From an uncultured Actinomycetes bacterium (GTDB lineage Bacteria > SZUA-79 > Acidulodesulfobacterales > Acidulodesulfobacteraceae), in NCBI GenBank assembly GCA_964631685.1, contig CAZVZU010000001.1, positions 224,001-288,000 on the forward strand: a DNA stretch of 64,000 nucleotides, in the 5' to 3' direction. The notes under the pieces were generated by a model. It had not been told where the DNA came from and did no database searches. It worked only from the letters and a program-made list of their open reading frames with translations. The translations under genes and the position numbers were made by a program. Below, in pieces: positions 60,737-64,000 of the stretch (position 1 is the first letter of the stretch; each line of letters opens with the position of its first letter).

Positions 60737-61780
60737 TTATTTATTTTTCATAGTATATGTATAAGCACCCATTGCGGCTGCACTACCTTCTACAATCGAA
60801 TCGGAGATAGCCTTTGGTCCTGTGCAGGCTCCCGCAAGGAATATGCCCTCTTTATTTGATTTAAACGGTGACAGTGTAACATTTTGCGGTTTTAAAAACC
60901 GGTGTTCATCAAGCTCCAGTCCTAATTTATCAACCATTTCAGAAGACTGGGGACCACCTTCCATACCTGATGCTAAAACAACAAGATCAAACGGGATTTC
61001 GAAAGGCCCTCTTAATAGTGTATCTTCACCCTTGCAAACAACAGTGTTATTCTGTCCGGAGGTAATCTCCGCCACTCTGCCTTTGACTATCTGAACATCG
61101 TACTCCTCCATGGCTTTCCAATATAAATCCTCAAAAAAACCATAAGTTCTGATATCCATATAAAATATATATACTTCACAATCAGGAAAATGTTCCCTTA
61201 CTTCAATGGCCTGTTTGACTGAAACCGTACAACATACCCTTGAACAATACTGGTTTCCGATATGCCTATCCCTAGAACCAACGCACAATATAAATGCAAC
61301 ATTCTTTGGCGGCTGCCCATTTGACGGTCTGTTAAAATTTCCCTCCCCCATCATTCGTTCCATGTCCTTGATATCAATCACATCATCAAAAAGCTGATAA
61401 GAATACTTAGCATCCTTTGCGGGGTCAAAATGCTCAAAGCCGGTAGCAACAATGACAGAATCAAAAGTTTTTGTTTCATTTCCGCTAGATGACTTTATTG
61501 TAGCATTAAATTTTTTTCCATTTTCTTTAAAATCTAAAATCTCAGAAGAATAATACACCTTAACATTTTCATTAGTCTCGGTCTTTTTGATTAATTCACC
61601 GATAACATTATCCGCCGGTTGCATATCCGGAAACAAAAATTTATATTTAAATTTCTTAGGGTTTCCGCCCAAAAATGAATCTTTTTCCACCAAGCTAACA
61701 TTTACGCCAAGATCGGCAAGCAAGATTGCCGAATTTAAACCAGCCGGTCCGCCACCGATCACTAAAATATTCCCAGCCAT
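60737..61780 (-). CDS. hdrA: Short FAD-containing heterodisulfide reductase subunit A (sHdrA)
   Basis: VIGGGPAG, ATGF.HFD, LCVGSRD....YCSRVCC, YMDIRTYG, GIFLAGAC.GP. Confidence 0.92.
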   Translation of the reverse strand: MAGNILVIGGGPAGLNSAILLADLGVNVSLVEKDSFLGGNPKKFKYKFLFPDMQPADNVIGELIKKTETNENVKVYYSSEILDFKENGKKFNATIKSSSGNETKTFDSVIVATGFEHFDPAKDAKYSYQLFDDVIDIKDMERMMGEGNFNRPSNGQPPKNVAFILCVGSRDRHIGNQYCSRVCCTVSVKQAIEVREHFPDCEVYIFYMDIRTYGFFEDLYWKAMEEYDVQIVKGRVAEITSGQNNTVVCKGEDTLLRGPFEIPFDLVVLASGMEGGPQSSEMVDKLGLELDEHRFLKPQNVTLSPFKSNKEGIFLAGACTGPKAISDSIVEGSAAAMGAYTYTMKNK

Positions 61781-61896
61781 ATAGAATCCTCCGAATTACA
61801 TTTATAATTAGTTTTATTATTGCATAATGCGCCTAATCTACCGATTAGCGTGTAAATTCCCTTTGAATACGATTTGGAGTATCTTCCTATATTCAT

Positions 61897-63105
61897 CTAA
61901 TTTTGGTCTTTTGGATAGTCATACAGATTAACAGTCTTTCCCCCTGCCCTAAGTTCTTCTAAATAGGCATTATATTCTTCTTCTGATTTTTTCCAATCCA
62001 CCCCTATTTTTTCACACAAAGGCCTCCAATCTGTCGTATGCCACTGAAGTTGAACGATTTTAAAAACATCAGCCCCGCAAGCCAATGCAGCAAACATTAC
62101 ATCTGCCATCACGGGAACCTGCTCCGTATAACCCATGGCCTTGCCTATCCACTGATTTTTATCTAAAGTCGTCGTGCAACCCGTATCTTGCGTTATACAC
62201 ACATCAGAATGCGCTTCCCTTACCATGGGTCTTATTTTTCTATCCATTACAAACGACCTTGAAGCCTCTCTCTCGGTCAAAATATGCCTAAACCCGAACC
62301 CGCAACAGTCGTACCAAGTTGAATAATCCGCAACCTGCGCCCCAAGAGCAAGTGCAACACCAGTAGAAACTGCCGTTCTTTTTCCGGCATAAATATCTTT
62401 ATCGTAGATACAATCCTCTGGTATCATTTTATATGCATGGCAAGCGGGATGAACCGTTACTATGATATTACTTAAATCATACTTTTTTAATTTGGCTATC
62501 TCAAAACGCATAACATGAACCCATTCGCTATAGTGCACGATATATTCCGGAATAACAAGCTCCCTGCCTATTTTATGCATTATCCTCCTGACCTCATCCC
62601 TAAACTCCTTGTGCTCGATCAGTAGATTTCTCATTTCTTTGTAATCTCCAAATGTTGTAGCACAATGAAACAATGGAAAAAGGCCTAATTCATACGACCT
62701 ATGCCAATTTCTCACCGCTACGGCAGCAAGTCCAACCGGATTAGACGTCCCTGAACCATGATAATTCCACGCGGTACATGATGTCTGATTTCTCTCATCA
62801 ATATACTCAAGTCCGAATTTATTCATAAACCAAAGAATAGATACCGGATAGCCGGGGATATTTCCACATTGTCCGCAAGATTTATGATGCCATAATTTAT
62901 TGGTGGGAATCTTTTTTTTCCAGCCTAGTAAGGTCTCTGCTTCAATCGGTTTATTCTCATCCTTAACGTGTATAACCTTGACCTCGCCCTTTGCTTCAAG
63001 CTCTAAAAGCCGTTCGTGAATATCTTTCAGTTTTCTTCCGGCTACATGGACATAATCAGACTTAACATTGGCAAGACCTAACCTATTAGTAATTTCTATA
63101 GCCAT
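61897..63105 (-). CDS. hdrB1: Heterodisulfide reductase-like subunit B1 (sHdrB1)
   Basis: WHHKSCGQCGNIPGY, QTSCTAWNY, HPACH, WYDCCGFGFRHI, DTGC.TTLDK.QW. Confidence 0.9.
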   Translation of the reverse strand: MAIEITNRLGLANVKSDYVHVAGRKLKDIHERLLELEAKGEVKVIHVKDENKPIEAETLLGWKKKIPTNKLWHHKSCGQCGNIPGYPVSILWFMNKFGLEYIDERNQTSCTAWNYHGSGTSNPVGLAAVAVRNWHRSYELGLFPLFHCATTFGDYKEMRNLLIEHKEFRDEVRRIMHKIGRELVIPEYIVHYSEWVHVMRFEIAKLKKYDLSNIIVTVHPACHAYKMIPEDCIYDKDIYAGKRTAVSTGVALALGAQVADYSTWYDCCGFGFRHILTEREASRSFVMDRKIRPMVREAHSDVCITQDTGCTTTLDKNQWIGKAMGYTEQVPVMADVMFAALACGADVFKIVQLQWHTTDWRPLCEKIGVDWKKSEEEYNAYLEELRAGGKTVNLYDYPKDQN

Positions 63106-63147
63106 ACATCTCTCCCATTTATATTGGTATTGATTATTAAATTAATA

Positions 63148-63825
63148 TTAAGAGTTTCTGACATCATCGACAATATCCTCGATAATCTCATACAGAGAAG
63201 GGTCAACAACCTCAATAATTTTAAATACACCAGCTTCGTCGAAAATATCGTATAGCTCCTTCATTGCTTCAGGCGCTACGTCCCACGCAAGGTTGGTTAC
63301 TTGTAGCGTCGGCATGGGGATCGCCTTTCTTTTTATAGCAAGGTCATCAGATGCATATCCTATGTGCGGACCCCAATCAGGAAAGAAATCTGGCTGAATC
63401 ATATCAGAAGAAAGCTGATTACCGTAAGCCGTAAGTTTTAAAAGAACTCTCGAATAAGGCTTTAAAACCTTCTTTGCGGACTCGAAACCCCTGCGAACCG
63501 ATATCTCCCTTAATATAGCAATAACTCCGCCGGGACTATTTAAAAACGGGCAAATCATAGCACATGTAAAACACTGAAAACATGCCCAAATATATTCATC
63601 CATCATTGTCCAAATTAAATCAGGATCCTTCGACTTCAACATTTGAAGAACCATTCTAGGGGAAAAATCAAAAAACCTGTGCGGAGGACAACCACCCGCA
63701 CATACGCCACAATTCAAACACCCTTTAACATACTCTTCATATCTAAAATCGGCCCTCGCCTCTTCAAAAATCTCTTTTTTAAATTCGAAAGGCACTATGC
63801 TGACACCATTCTCATCGTAATCCAT
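63148..63825 (-). CDS. hdrC1: Heterodisulfide reductase-like subunit C1 (sHdrC1)
   Basis: GCLNCGVCAGGCP, WACFQCFTC..ICPF.NSPGG, FPDWGP. Confidence 0.9.
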   Translation of the reverse strand: MDYDENGVSIVPFEFKKEIFEEARADFRYEEYVKGCLNCGVCAGGCPPHRFFDFSPRMVLQMLKSKDPDLIWTMMDEYIWACFQCFTCAMICPFLNSPGGVIAILREISVRRGFESAKKVLKPYSRVLLKLTAYGNQLSSDMIQPDFFPDWGPHIGYASDDLAIKRKAIPMPTLQVTNLAWDVAPEAMKELYDIFDEAGVFKIIEVVDPSLYEIIEDIVDDVRNS

Positions 63826-64000
63826 AACATTCTCCTGTTTTTTATATTTTCTATAGGCACTAAAGCAATAAAAATGGTAAAATGAACAAGCTCATACCAC
63901 GACATGCTTTTTATAGCGTATCATGGTAATCCTAAAAGTCAAACATCTGGTGACCTTTTTATGGTTTTTAGTTTAACCATTCAACATTTCATTAAAACCC

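Overview
AT-rich bacterial chromosomal window that appears to span the replication terminus. A dif-like XerCD site lies at 31724-31751, exactly where gene orientation flips from almost all + to almost all -. The gene content (sHdr sulfur-oxidation cluster, rubrerythrin, charge-depleted flagellin, Lys-rich exported proteins) suggests an acidophilic sulfur-cycling organism, possibly Acidulodesulfobacterales-like; this is inference only. Left to right: (1) the end of a conjugative type IV secretion cluster with an embedded RavA/MoxR ATPase; (2) a TPP-riboswitch operon in which a CofH-like radical SAM gene sits where thiH/thiO is expected, ahead of thiS-thiG; (3) housekeeping and redox genes; (4) a multiply disrupted cmr1 pseudogene beside tRNA-Ala(CGC); (5) priA-ihf-miaB-PHP-TPR-GH57; (6) dif, then a small cassette with a secreted Cys/His/Met protein, an insertion-less type III-D Cas7-like RAMP and a 2TM-SAVED effector, with no cas10 or CRISPR array visible; (7) a flagellin glycosylation island and fliC-flaG-fliD-fliS with sigma28 and CsrA sites; (8) aroK, aroC, folE2 and pilMNOPQ; (9) hdrC1-B1-A-H-C2-B2. 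All calls come from reading motifs by eye; no database searches were run.
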